Origin: Bacillota bacterium
GTDB taxonomy: Bacteria; Bacillota; Bacilli; Paenibacillales; UBA4045
Reading direction: 5' to 3'
Length of the DNA: 64,000 bases
Assembly: GCA_023441055.1 (NCBI GenBank)
Contig: JAEZQY010000017.1
Coordinates: forward strand, 31,088 to 95,087
Made by a program: the position numbers and the translations under genes. The notes below the pieces were generated by a model. That model was not told the origin of the DNA and did no database searches. It saw only the letters and a program-made list of their open reading frames with translations. Shown here one piece after another: positions 26,966 through 37,519 of this stretch. Within the stretch, counting starts at the first letter, position 1. Every line of letters begins with the position of its first letter.

Positions 26966-29299
26966 TTAGCGCTCCTCACCCTTATAGGCATTGCGGTAAT
27001 CGGATGGTGACAGCCCTTCGCTCTTCTTGAATACACGGAGGAAGGTCGTGCGGCTCTGGATACCTACTTGTTCGGCGATTTCTGTAATCTTCAGGTCAGA
27101 GTTGGCCAACAGCTCCTTCGCTTGCTTCATTCTCACCTGATGGATATAATCCGTTATCGTGATGCCAACCGTTTCCTTGAACATTCTGGATAAGTACTTA
27201 GCCGAGAAGCCTAACTCCTGCGCAATATGCTCAAGATAGATATTCTCCGCATAATGCTGTTCAATGTACGCGGAAACTTGATTTGCAATGGAATCGGTCT
27301 TGTTCAATTCTGCCTTAATTACGGTTGCATCAATAATACGCATATAGAAGACGATTAATTTATCCAGATACACATCCAGTTCAGTCGGCGGTATCAGACG
27401 CTTAGTAATGGTCTCATAGTCCTGTTCAGCCATTAACTGCTCTACATTGTGGCCCTTCTCTTGTCCGTAGCGAATACCCGTGTTCAAGATATCTTCAAGA
27501 AGCATGCCCAGATACATGAAGGATACATTCCTAGTCTGGTTGAATCGAACTAGCTCTCTTACATCCGCTTCCAGCAGCTCACGATTGCCTGCTCGCAGCA
27601 GATTGATCAGCTTCTTCTCATCTAAGAAGGAATAATAGTAGGTTTGTTCAATCTGCAGATGATTGGAATCGATGATCTGCAGATCGGAGCGTTCTCCCAT
27701 CATGCTTAGCACGGTTAACACATCACTGAAGGACTCCGATAATTGCTCGATCTCAGGATAGAATTTACCAATTCCAATCTGGAGCGAGCAATAGATCAGG
27801 TCATAGTCGAAGGTCTGCTTCACATTATCTATTGCCTGGTACACGGGCTCCAGCCCAGCCGGATTGGACAGCTGCACAATTGCAACATAGAAATTCGTAT
27901 CCTGCTCAACCACATAGCAATTGACATGCTGATCCAGGATGCCCCATATGACCCGCTTCATCTTATCCTGGATAAGTATTCGGTCATTCTCATTAATCTC
28001 TAGGATGAATTGCTCCTTGTATTGGAACAAGAAGCCGCAGCACATATAGTTGCCGTCGTCAAATCCCATATCGTGGATCATGCTTTTACGGATTAACGGA
28101 TTGGCAGGAGTCCGGCCATTCAACAGACCAATGAAGGTTTGATCCAGCAATTCACTGGAATATTGATTGAGCTTCATAATGGCCGCTTGATTCTCCTGCA
28201 ATAATCGATTGACCTTACGTCCGATCAGCGCAAGCACATCGCCCTGCGCTCTCGTTACCGCGGAATGATCATCCCCTTCATTGTTCGTTAGAATCGATTG
28301 AATTTGACGAATCGGATTATACAGCTTGGCGCTGAAGATCACCGCGAAGACAATACCGACTAGGAATAAGACCAGACTAATCCATGAGACCAGAGACAGG
28401 ATCCCCTGCGCCTCATGGCTGAACACGGATACCGGGGTAATCGAATAATAACGCCAGCCGAAATCCTCAGAGGTCGCATATACAACGAGGGACTGCGTGC
28501 CGCCAACATCCATGAAGCGATGTTGAAGCTCAGAATTTGCTGTTCCGAGCAACTCCTCCAGATTCCACTCGTCCCCCTCATTCGTGTTCACCACTTGATC
28601 CTGATGCTGGTTCAAGACCAGATAGGTTGTCTGAGGATAGATGGAGTTCATCGTCAACGACCGTTCGATCGCTTGACCCGATACACTCGTCACCAAAGTT
28701 GCCCGATTCCCATTAATATATTGCGTGGTGATCATCGGAATGACCAGGCGCTGATTATCCGTATAATTGGTATAGTAGATGGGCCTTAACAGCTCAGATA
28801 AGTTCGTATGCTCCGTCTGTGCGAGCCAGAATGCCATATCATAGTGGGAGGTGCGGTAAAATTTCTCGAAGAATACTGGGAATGCGATAACTCCATCACT
28901 CGTATAGATCTTTTCGGTATCAATATACAGGAAGATATGATCAATGAACGAGCTGAATACATTCTGATTGGAAGCAAGCGCTCGCGTCACCAGCTTCATA
29001 TTCACCTTCTCTGCATCGGACATCCGATCATAGTGCCGCAGGTTCATCTGAATAATATCACTAATCATTAAGTTATTCTTGGACGACTGGGCCATTCCCA
29101 GATGCAGATCAATCGTCTCAATGGATGCATTCAAATTGTTATTCAGCTTCTCCGCAACGTCCTTCTTCACCACCTGGTTAACGTCCAGATACACAATTGC
29201 ACCGATGAGCAGGATTGGAATTAACAAGGAGAGGAAGTACATCAGCATCTTGAAAAAGAGCTTGTGCTTTATGACTTGTAGGATAGGCAGCGTTTTCAT
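26966..29299 (-). CDS. Membrane-anchored AraC-family transcriptional regulator
   Basis: 777 aa with two TM segments flanking a ~270-aa extracytoplasmic region. C-terminal AraC HTH (ELGFSAKYLSRMFK ... IAEQVGIQSRTTFLRVFKK). Confidence 0.8.
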   Translation of the reverse strand: MKTLPILQVIKHKLFFKMLMYFLSLLIPILLIGAIVYLDVNQVVKKDVAEKLNNNLNASIETIDLHLGMAQSSKNNLMISDIIQMNLRHYDRMSDAEKVNMKLVTRALASNQNVFSSFIDHIFLYIDTEKIYTSDGVIAFPVFFEKFYRTSHYDMAFWLAQTEHTNLSELLRPIYYTNYTDNQRLVIPMITTQYINGNRATLVTSVSGQAIERSLTMNSIYPQTTYLVLNQHQDQVVNTNEGDEWNLEELLGTANSELQHRFMDVGGTQSLVVYATSEDFGWRYYSITPVSVFSHEAQGILSLVSWISLVLFLVGIVFAVIFSAKLYNPIRQIQSILTNNEGDDHSAVTRAQGDVLALIGRKVNRLLQENQAAIMKLNQYSSELLDQTFIGLLNGRTPANPLIRKSMIHDMGFDDGNYMCCGFLFQYKEQFILEINENDRILIQDKMKRVIWGILDQHVNCYVVEQDTNFYVAIVQLSNPAGLEPVYQAIDNVKQTFDYDLIYCSLQIGIGKFYPEIEQLSESFSDVLTVLSMMGERSDLQIIDSNHLQIEQTYYYSFLDEKKLINLLRAGNRELLEADVRELVRFNQTRNVSFMYLGMLLEDILNTGIRYGQEKGHNVEQLMAEQDYETITKRLIPPTELDVYLDKLIVFYMRIIDATVIKAELNKTDSIANQVSAYIEQHYAENIYLEHIAQELGFSAKYLSRMFKETVGITITDYIHQVRMKQAKELLANSDLKITEIAEQVGIQSRTTFLRVFKKSEGLSPSDYRNAYKGEER

Positions 29300-29405
29300 C
29301 TTCTCACACTCATCTCTTCTTACACGATTGACATGGCTTTATTGATTTTCGTGTACATTCTAGCATTTTATACTATCGTTTCATAGGTAAAATAAGGCTC
29401 ATCCC

Positions 29406-29446
29406 GCAAAAAGCTCTACTACCAGCATACTGCTGGTGGTAGAGCT
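29406..29446 (-). terminator. Rho-independent terminator after the DinB-family gene
   Basis: AGCTCTACCACCAGCA-gta-TGCTGGTAGTAGAGCT followed by TTTTTG on the minus strand. Confidence 0.6.
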
Positions 29447-29473
29447 GACTCTCTCCATTAGATTAGCGAACAA

Positions 29474-29929
29474 TTACTTGCCGCGATGACTCTTCTGGAT
29501 TAACCAGATCATGCCGCTATGGCTACCCGTATGATGCATCAGCCGGCTGACTGTGACCAGCGGTGTATGATTGCCGAATTTGGACTCGACCGGCACATTC
29601 CACTTCTCCTCCGGCAGCTCTCTCATCGCTTTAATGATATGCTGATAGGAGGCCTCCTGGAAGTCGGCTAAATCTTCAACGGAGGTATAGCCAGCGGTTC
29701 CTTCGGCTCTGCGTCTCTCCATGCGAGCCTTCACATCAGCTGGAGCCGGCTTGCCGAAGTAGGTATCCGCGAACATATACTCAACCTCGGCGGTATGCCA
29801 GATCATCTCTCCGATCGTCTGGGAAGGCTCTATTTTCAACTCCAAATCCTCTTCCGGCAGCGCTCTTATCGTCTTCAGAAAGCTCTCGCCAATCGATTGC
29901 CACAGCGGCAATACCGTATCGAACGTCAT
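29474..29929 (-). CDS. DinB family protein
   Basis: ORF trimmed to MTFDTV (RBS AGGGGGTG). His-containing four-helix pattern (WHTAEVEYMF, HHTGSHSGM). Confidence 0.65.
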   Translation of the reverse strand: MTFDTVLPLWQSIGESFLKTIRALPEEDLELKIEPSQTIGEMIWHTAEVEYMFADTYFGKPAPADVKARMERRRAEGTAGYTSVEDLADFQEASYQHIIKAMRELPEEKWNVPVESKFGNHTPLVTVSRLMHHTGSHSGMIWLIQKSHRGK

Positions 29930-29953
29930 GCAGCACACCCCCTATTCTATGTA

Positions 29954-30475
29954 TTAGGACGATTGATCCTTCTTCTTATCTACAACAACATGCGTGAATG
30001 CACTTGCGTCTAAATCATTGAGATCGAAGGCCAGACCGAAGCCCACAACATAGCGCCCTTGCTCCGGCGTCAGCTCGAACAGCGAGAAGTCGAGTCCCCG
30101 CAGCAGATTCATCATCTTCTCCCCATGCGCAGCATTGAACAGCTCGAAGATCTCCTCATGTCCCTCATTGCCCAGATTGACGGAGGTACAGCTCCAGCGC
30201 GCGCGCTCCGTGCCAAATTTATTCGTCGTCGCGGATTCGTCGGCCAGCATGAGGACATCCACATAGTCATTGCTCTCCATATACCGATAATGATCGGCAA
30301 TTTGGCTGATGTAGATATACATCTTGCCATCCTTCTTCACGAACGGCGCGTAGCTGATGAACGGCTTGCCCTCATCATCAATCAGACTCAGCACCAGATT
30401 CTGACGACTCGCGATGAATGCCAGGTAATTCTCCTTGTTCTTCTCCACATCAACAGGCTTTCTAATCATCAACAT
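29954..30475 (-). CDS. Pyridoxamine-5'-phosphate-oxidase-like FMN-binding fold protein (HugZ/HutZ-like)
   Basis: 173 aa. LSLIDDEGKPFISYAPFV ... YIYISQIADHYRYM resembles the split-barrel family. Start (30475 or 30469) is uncertain. Confidence 0.5.
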   Translation of the reverse strand: MLMIRKPVDVEKNKENYLAFIASRQNLVLSLIDDEGKPFISYAPFVKKDGKMYIYISQIADHYRYMESNDYVDVLMLADESATTNKFGTERARWSCTSVNLGNEGHEEIFELFNAAHGEKMMNLLRGLDFSLFELTPEQGRYVVGFGLAFDLNDLDASAFTHVVVDKKKDQSS

Positions 30476-30603
30476 ATCCCCCTAGTGTAAAATATCTGCC
30501 GCGCCTTTGCTTGGGCTTCGCCCTGCAAGAAGAACAAAAACTAAATACACTTTTCCCATCGTCCTGATGGGAAATATTACCACGAAAACTACTTGACGCT
30601 ACC

Positions 30604-30757
30604 CTATCCAGCTCATTTAGTACTCTCGCGCACCACTAATTCCGCATCACGCAACTATCCAGCTCATTTAGTGCTCCCGCGCACCACTAATTCCCCATCA
30701 CGCAACTATCCAGCTCATTTAGTACTCCCGCGCACCACTAATTCCTTAGTGCTCTCG
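30604..30757. repeat. Three tandem near-identical 51-bp units (L2)
   Basis: Units start at 30604, 30655 and 30706: ctatccagctcatttagt(a/g)ctc(t/c)cgcgcaccactaattcc(g/c)catcacgcaa. Each has an internal TTAGTG...CACTAA inverted pair. Confidence 0.9.
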
Positions 30758-30816
30758 TTTAATTTGCTTCAGAGTTGGAATCCTATGAGCTGTGGCAGGA
30801 ATCGGTTACTGGGACA

Positions 30817-30865
30817 CCAAAAAGCCGCATCACTTACAGATCTCATCTCTGTAAATGATGCGGCT
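30817..30865 (-). terminator. Rho-independent terminator of the ilv-leuA operon
   Basis: AGCCGCATCATTTACAGA ... TCTGTAAGTGATGCGGCT followed by TTTTTGG on the minus strand, 20 nt after the leuA stop. Confidence 0.7.
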
Positions 30866-30886
30866 CCAGCCTAGGCCCATTCTATG

Positions 30887-32443
30887 TTAGATCAAGCTCA
30901 TATTATCACGGTCGCCCTTGGCAGGCGCCTTGCGCTTCTCAATCAAGCGATTGATTGCGTCAATATACGCCCGTGCGCTGGACTCGAGGATATCCGTGCT
31001 GATGCCCCTGCCCTGAACAGACATCCCGTTCTGCTTCAGCACCACATGCACCTCGCCGAGCGCGTCAGCGCCCTGGCTCACCGCCTGAATCGCGTAATTG
31101 TCCAATTCCACCTGCTCGCCGGTTGCTTGATCAATCGCCTGATAGATCGCATCCACCGAACCGTTCCCCTCCGCAGTCAGCTCAATCACCGCTCCATCCT
31201 GTGTCTTCAGCTTCACGACAGCGGATGGAACCGCTTGATTGGAATAATTCACCGTCAAGGCCTCCAGTACGAACACCTCTGGCGTCTCAATCAGCTTCGC
31301 CTCAATTAGCGCGCGCAGATCATCGTCGGTCACATGCTTCTTACGATCGGCGATGTCCTTGAATTTGCCGAATGCAGCGTTCAACTGCTCCTCCGACAGC
31401 TCATATCCCAGATCGACCAACTTCTCGCGGAACGCATGGCGGCCGGAATGCTTGCCCATGACCAGCTTGCTGTCCTTAAGCCCAATGACCTCCGGACGCA
31501 TAATCTCATAGGTCGTCTTCTCCTTCAGCATCCCGTCCTGATGAATGCCTGACTCATGCGCGAACGCATTAGCCCCGACAATCGCCTTGTTCCCAGGCAC
31601 GACCATCCCTGTCAACCTGCTGACCAGACGCGAGGTCTTATAGATCTCATCCAGCTTCAGATTCGTCTTCGCCTGGAAGAATTCCTGACGGGTCTCCAGA
31701 GCCATCGCCACCTCTTCGAGCGACGTATTGCCCGCGCGCTCACCGATGCCATTAATCGTGCCTTCGATCTGATCTGCGCCGTTCATCACCGCAGCTAACG
31801 CATTCGCGGTTGCCATACCCAGATCGTCGTGACAGTGCGCGCTTAACTGGATCTTCTCGATGCCCTTCACGTTCTCGCGCAGCACCTTGAAGATGTTGCC
31901 GAACTCGCTCGGCGTCAGATAACCAACCGTATCCGGAATATTAACAACCGTAGCGCCGGCGTTAATCGCCATCTCCGTCACTTCGCATAGGAAGTCCAGC
32001 TCGGTGCGCCCAGCATCCTCAGGTGAGAATTCAATCTTGTCAAAATACTGCTTCGCGTACTTAATCGCCGCCTCAGCGTTCTCCAGCACTTGCTCCTTGC
32101 TCATCCGCAGCTTATGCTCGCGGTGAATCGGCGAAGTCGCCAGGAACAGATGAATACAAGGATCCTGTGCACCGATCAGCGCTTCTCTAACCGCATCGAT
32201 ATCCGGAATCCGAGAGCGAGACAGACCGATTACGCTCGCATTCTTAACGGCTCTAGCCACCGCATTGACAGCTGCCAGGTCGCCCGGAGAAGCAGCCGGG
32301 AAGCCTGCTTCAATCCGATCTACGCGCAGCTTCTCCAGCTGCAGCGCGATCTCCACCTTCTCTTGCGTATTCAGATTAACGCCAGGCGACTGCTCGCCAT
32401 CGCGCAGGGTCGTGTCGAATATGTAGATCTTACGCATATACAT
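30887..32443 (-). CDS. leuA: 2-isopropylmalate synthase
   Basis: 518 aa with IFDTTLRDGEQSPG, HCHDDLGMATAN and the C-terminal LeuA dimerisation/regulatory domain. Confidence 0.92.
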   Translation of the reverse strand: MYMRKIYIFDTTLRDGEQSPGVNLNTQEKVEIALQLEKLRVDRIEAGFPAASPGDLAAVNAVARAVKNASVIGLSRSRIPDIDAVREALIGAQDPCIHLFLATSPIHREHKLRMSKEQVLENAEAAIKYAKQYFDKIEFSPEDAGRTELDFLCEVTEMAINAGATVVNIPDTVGYLTPSEFGNIFKVLRENVKGIEKIQLSAHCHDDLGMATANALAAVMNGADQIEGTINGIGERAGNTSLEEVAMALETRQEFFQAKTNLKLDEIYKTSRLVSRLTGMVVPGNKAIVGANAFAHESGIHQDGMLKEKTTYEIMRPEVIGLKDSKLVMGKHSGRHAFREKLVDLGYELSEEQLNAAFGKFKDIADRKKHVTDDDLRALIEAKLIETPEVFVLEALTVNYSNQAVPSAVVKLKTQDGAVIELTAEGNGSVDAIYQAIDQATGEQVELDNYAIQAVSQGADALGEVHVVLKQNGMSVQGRGISTDILESSARAYIDAINRLIEKRKAPAKGDRDNMSLI

Positions 32444-32616
32444 CCACCTTTATGAAGATAATGGCCCAGAATAAAAGCGAGGGACGACAAACGTATGCCG
32501 CCGCGCTCATTGCTCCATACACTACCATTCATTAAAGCATAGAACGGGCATATTTCGCAAACAATTTTGGCCGGAATAGCGTCTGTCATCCCTATCTTAA
32601 CTACTTGTGGATGCTC

Positions 32617-33624
<1,008 letters not shown>

Positions 33625-33647
33625 CTACAAGTTTTAGATTTATAAAA

Positions 33648-34139
33648 TTATTTTGCAATACCTCTGATCATAGCGGTTGCGCCCGTTCTAGTCAATTCCC
33701 GAATGCCATATGGCTTCAGAAGTTCTGTCATCGCATCGATCTTGCCCGAATCGCCGACCACCTGAATCATTAATGTGGTAGGGCCTACATCGACTACCGA
33801 GGCGCGGAAGGTCTCGACCACGCCGAGGATCTCCGGCCGGATTGCCGGGGCTGCGCTCACCTGAATGAGCGCCAGCTCGCGCGCAACCATCGGTCGCGAG
33901 CTGAGATTATTCACCTTAATGACATCGATCAGCTTATACAATTGCTTCTGAATTTGCTCCAGTGTCGTCTCATCGCCAGTGGTCACAATCACCATACGCG
34001 ACAATCCTTCCTCCTCAGAAGCTCCTACTGTAATGCTCTCGATATTGAAGCCCCTACGGCCGAATAGGCCTGAGACACGCTGCAGTACACCTGGTTGGTT
34101 GTTAACCAGAATGGATATCGTATGTTTATGCTCCATCAT
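33648..34139 (-). CDS. ilvN: Acetolactate synthase small (regulatory) subunit
   Basis: 163 aa with an ACT domain (HTISILVNNQPGVLQRVSGLFGRRGFNIESITVG). ATGA overlap with ilvB. Confidence 0.9.
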   Translation of the reverse strand: MMEHKHTISILVNNQPGVLQRVSGLFGRRGFNIESITVGASEEEGLSRMVIVTTGDETTLEQIQKQLYKLIDVIKVNNLSSRPMVARELALIQVSAAPAIRPEILGVVETFRASVVDVGPTTLMIQVVGDSGKIDAMTELLKPYGIRELTRTGATAMIRGIAK

Positions 34140-35878
34140 TCGAAATCCCCCATTAACATAGTACCGATCGTATTACCTTGCGTTACCATCGGGAATACAT
34201 TCTCATGCTTGGCAACCTGGAAATCGATCACGACAGGTCCTGGATGATCCATCGCTTCCTGCCATACCTTGCGCGCCTCTTCCTTATTCGTAGCGCGCAG
34301 TCCCTTCACCCCGTAGGCTTCAGCCAGCTTGACGAAGTCTGGGCTGCCCGCCAGGTCAATATGGCTGTAACGATTATCGTAGATGATCTCCTGCCATTGG
34401 CGTACCATCCCCAGAACCTGATTGTTGATGATAACCACCTTGACTGGAATGTTATTAATCGCGCAGATTGCCAGCTCCTGCGCACACATCTGCATACCGC
34501 CGTCACCGTTCACCGAGATGACCAGCTTATCTGGATGAGCCATCTGCACGCCGATCGCCGAAGGGAAGCCGAAGCCCATCGTACCAAGTCCACCGGAGGT
34601 GATCAGGGAGCGCGGATTCTTGAACTTGAAGTATTGCGCCACCCACATCTGATGCTGGCCGACGTCAGTCGTCACATAGGCGTCTCCGCCTGTTGTCTCA
34701 CTCAGCATCTCGATCACGAATTGCGGCTTGAGCACATCATCCGAATCCTGATAACGGAGCGGATGCTGCGCCTTCCACTCGTTGATCTGCTTAATCCAAG
34801 CGTCCGCCTTGGCCGGCTTAGCCTTCGGATTCGCATATTGCAGCAGATGCTTAATATCGCCGACACATGGAATATCTGTCGGTACATTCTTGCCGATCTC
34901 AGCCGGATCGACATCGATATGCGCTACCGTCTTGGCCTTAGGCGCGAAGCCGTCCAGCTTCATCGTTACTCGGTCATCGAAGCGTGCGCCGATGCTGATC
35001 AGCAGATCGCAATTCTGCAACGCCTGATTGGACGCATACGTGCCGTGCATGCCCGGCATTCCTGTCCATAGCGGATCCCCGCTGGGGAAGCCGCCCAGTC
35101 CCAGCAGCGTCGTAGTGACCGGTATGCCGGTTTTATTTACAAACTCAGCCAGCTCCTCAGACGCATCCGCGTACACAACACCGCCGCCAGCCAGAATGAG
35201 CGGACGCTCGGCCTGCTCAATCGCCTTGAGCAGCTTGTCGACCTGCAGCTTGTTCGGTGCCACTGTCGGACTGTAGCCGCGCAGATTGATCGTCTCTGGA
35301 TACTCGAACACCATCTTATGGTTGGATACGTCCTTCGGAATATCGATCAGAACCGGGCCCTTGCGGCCAGTCGAAGCGATATGGAAGGCTTCCTTAATAA
35401 TGCGCGGCAGATCCTCCACCTTGCGTACGAAGTAGCTATGCTTCGTAATCGGCATCGTAATGCCAGTGATATCCGCTTCCTGGAATGCGTCTGTACCGAT
35501 GGCCGGCAGTGCAACATTCCCTGTAATGACAACCAGCGGAGTTGAATCCATGTACGCTGTCGCGATACCGGTAACCAGGTTCGTTGCGCCCGGTCCCGAA
35601 GTGGCGATACATACGCCGACCTTGCCCGTAGCGCGCGCATAGCCGTCAGCCGCATGAATCGCGCCTTGCTCATGTCTGGTGAGCAGATGGTGGAAGTCCG
35701 GATTGCTGTGCATCGCATCATAGATATAGAGCACCGCTCCGCCCGGGTAACCGAACACCGTGTCGACACCCTCCAACAGCAGACTGCGCAGCAATACGTC
35801 AGAGCCCGTGATCTCGTCCGGCTGCAGCAATCTCTCTCTCAACTCTTCATTCAGTACCGCGGGATTCTTAACACTCAT
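34136..35878 (-). CDS. ilvB: Acetolactate synthase large subunit (biosynthetic)
   Basis: 580 aa ThDP enzyme with GYPGGAVL, GPGATNLVTG and GDGGMQMCAQEL. Confidence 0.92.
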   Translation of the reverse strand: MSVKNPAVLNEELRERLLQPDEITGSDVLLRSLLLEGVDTVFGYPGGAVLYIYDAMHSNPDFHHLLTRHEQGAIHAADGYARATGKVGVCIATSGPGATNLVTGIATAYMDSTPLVVITGNVALPAIGTDAFQEADITGITMPITKHSYFVRKVEDLPRIIKEAFHIASTGRKGPVLIDIPKDVSNHKMVFEYPETINLRGYSPTVAPNKLQVDKLLKAIEQAERPLILAGGGVVYADASEELAEFVNKTGIPVTTTLLGLGGFPSGDPLWTGMPGMHGTYASNQALQNCDLLISIGARFDDRVTMKLDGFAPKAKTVAHIDVDPAEIGKNVPTDIPCVGDIKHLLQYANPKAKPAKADAWIKQINEWKAQHPLRYQDSDDVLKPQFVIEMLSETTGGDAYVTTDVGQHQMWVAQYFKFKNPRSLITSGGLGTMGFGFPSAIGVQMAHPDKLVISVNGDGGMQMCAQELAICAINNIPVKVVIINNQVLGMVRQWQEIIYDNRYSHIDLAGSPDFVKLAEAYGVKGLRATNKEEARKVWQEAMDHPGPVVIDFQVAKHENVFPMVTQGNTIGTMLMGDFE

Positions 35879-35914
35879 TTCCCATGCCCTCCTCTTACGA
35901 TTGTTCTAAAAACA

Positions 35915-36245
35915 TCAAAAAACCTCAATCATCCCAAGCCAAACTGCGGCTCATCGGGACGAAAGAGGTTATATCCTTCGTGGTACCACCCTAATTCTTC
36001 TGCGCTTCACAGCACAGAACTTAGCAGGTGAGAGACAGGCTGCCTCCACCTCGGCACGATAACGTGTGCCATCCGATTATCTCTAATAAGCAGTTATGTC
36101 GATCGTCCATCATCTGCCGTTCAAGATAACAGCTCAGAGGCGACTGTCGCAATTTAGGGATTAAGGCGGTGGTTTCAGCAGGTTCCTCCGCTCTCTGGTA
36201 CATAAGAGCCCTTATGCTTTTATCCTCATCGGTGCTGTTCATGTA
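35915..36245 (-). promoter_or_regulatory. T-box leader (tRNA-sensing transcription attenuator) upstream of ilvB
   Basis: Minus strand carries AATTAGGGTGGTACCACG (revcomp of 35979-35996), an AGAGAG box (36196-36191) and a GA/K-turn-like CCGATGAGG (~36225). A long stem AACCTC...GAGGTT + T6 (35915-35970) sits just 5' of ilvB. Confidence 0.8.
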
Positions 36246-36323
36246 TACTTGCGTATTCAATGATATAACCATAATTATATGCTTCCCAAGTACGTTCGTC
36301 AATACTCATCATCTAATCCGCCG

Positions 36324-36367
36324 CAAAATAAAACCGCCTGCCCCCGGATGTCCGGTCAGGCAGGCGA
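36324..36367 (-). terminator. Rho-independent terminator after rplT
   Basis: CGCCTGCCTGACCGGAcaTCCGGGGGCAGGCG followed by GTTTTATTTTG on the minus strand. Confidence 0.7.
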
Positions 36368-36385
36368 TTGTGACGCTTAATCAAA

Positions 36386-36745
36386 TTAAGCGTTGATTTT
36401 CGATTTCGCTACATCCGCCAGCGCATTGAACGAATTGATATCGTTCACAGCCAGGTCTGCCAGCATCTTGCGGTTAACATTCACTTCAGCCAGTCTCAGA
36501 CCGTGCATCAGCTTGCTGTAGGACAGTCCGTTCAAGCGAGCAGCGGCATTGATGCGCACGATCCAGAGCTTGCGGAAGTTGCGCTTCGTCTGACGACGAT
36601 CACGATAGGCGTACAGCAAGGATTTCATCACTTGCTCATTAGCTGTCTTAAATAAGCGGTGCTTGGAACCGAAGTAACCCTTCGCTAATTTCAGTACTTT
36701 TTTATGACGACGGCGAGTGGTAAATCCGCCCTTGACTCTTGCCAT
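36386..36745 (-). CDS. rplT: 50S ribosomal protein L20
   Basis: [33 protein letters not shown]... Confidence 0.95.
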   Translation of the reverse strand: MARVKGGFTTRRRHKKVLKLAKGYFGSKHRLFKTANEQVMKSLLYAYRDRRQTKRNFRKLWIVRINAAARLNGLSYSKLMHGLRLAEVNVNRKMLADLAVNDINSFNALADVAKSKINA

Positions 36746-36764
36746 GATTGTTGCCTCCTATTGA

Positions 36765-36965
36765 TTATTTCACGTATGTGATCATTTGTTGAATGCGAGT
36801 TGCATCACTCTTAGCCATGATGGTCGTGCCACGCAATTGACGCTTACGTCCAGCATCCTTCTTCTCCAGAATGTGGCGCTTGAAGGCTTGGTTTCTGCGA
36901 ATCTTGCCAGTACCGGTTTTACTGAAGCGCTTAGCTGCGCCGCGGTGTGTTTTCATTTTAGGCAT
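36765..36965 (-). CDS. rpmI: 50S ribosomal protein L35
   Basis: [33 protein letters not shown]... Confidence 0.95.
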   Translation of the reverse strand: MPKMKTHRGAAKRFSKTGTGKIRRNQAFKRHILEKKDAGRKRQLRGTTIMAKSDATRIQQMITYVK

Positions 36966-37000
36966 TGTGCTCGTATCCTCCTAGAAAATTGTTATGATGA

Positions 37001-37516
37001 TCAAGCTTGCGATTTCGGCGCTAGGATCATAATCATGCTGCGGCCTTCCAGCTTCGGTCTGCGTTCTACAGTCGCGAGATCATCGGTCTCTGTAGCGACG
37101 CGTTCCAGTACCTTCTGTCCAATGCTTGCATGCGTTATCTCACGTCCGCGGAAGCGCACCGAGCACTTCACCTTATCCTCGTCCTTCAGGAACTTGACCA
37201 CATTGCGTAGCTTTGTCTGATAGTCATGCTCATCGATTGTCGCGCTGAAGCGCACTTCCTTGAGCTCGACCACCTTCTGATTCTTGCGAGCTTCCTTCTC
37301 TTTCTTCTGCTGCTCATAACGAAACTTGCCGTAGTCCATAATGCGGCATACCGGCGGTTTGGCTGTCGGAGCAACATTCACCAGATCCATATTCGCTTCC
37401 ACGGCCATCTGCAAGGCATCTCGAATCGCTACGACACCGATCTGCTCCCCGTTAGCGCCAACAAGACGTACTTCTCTGGCACGGATTTCATCATTAATCA
37501 TGTGCTCTTTACTAAT
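37001..37516 (-). CDS. infC: Translation initiation factor IF-3 (non-canonical ATT start)
   Basis: ISKEHMINDEIRAREVRLVGANGEQIG...AKPPVCRIMDYGKFRYEQQKK aligns with Bacillus IF-3 from residue 1. GGAGGTG sits 7 nt before ATT 37516. The track ORF extends into the leader. Confidence 0.9.
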   Translation of the reverse strand: MSKEHMINDEIRAREVRLVGANGEQIGVVAIRDALQMAVEANMDLVNVAPTAKPPVCRIMDYGKFRYEQQKKEKEARKNQKVVELKEVRFSATIDEHDYQTKLRNVVKFLKDEDKVKCSVRFRGREITHASIGQKVLERVATETDDLATVERRPKLEGRSMIMILAPKSQA

Positions 37517-37519
37517 GAT

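Noticed and set aside
30593-30874. A 93-aa ORF with a 17-aa internal protein repeat (PAHLVLPRTTNSPSRNY).
   Set aside because: It is produced by translating the three 51-bp DNA units. It has no RBS, its TTG start resembles a -35 hexamer, and it runs through the leuA terminator hairpin on the opposite strand.
36021-36396. A 93-aa ORF (minus) and a 75-aa ORF (plus) between rplT and ilvB.
   Set aside because: The region is occupied by the T-box leader, its promoter and the rplT terminator. The ORFs have no RBS and an implausible composition.
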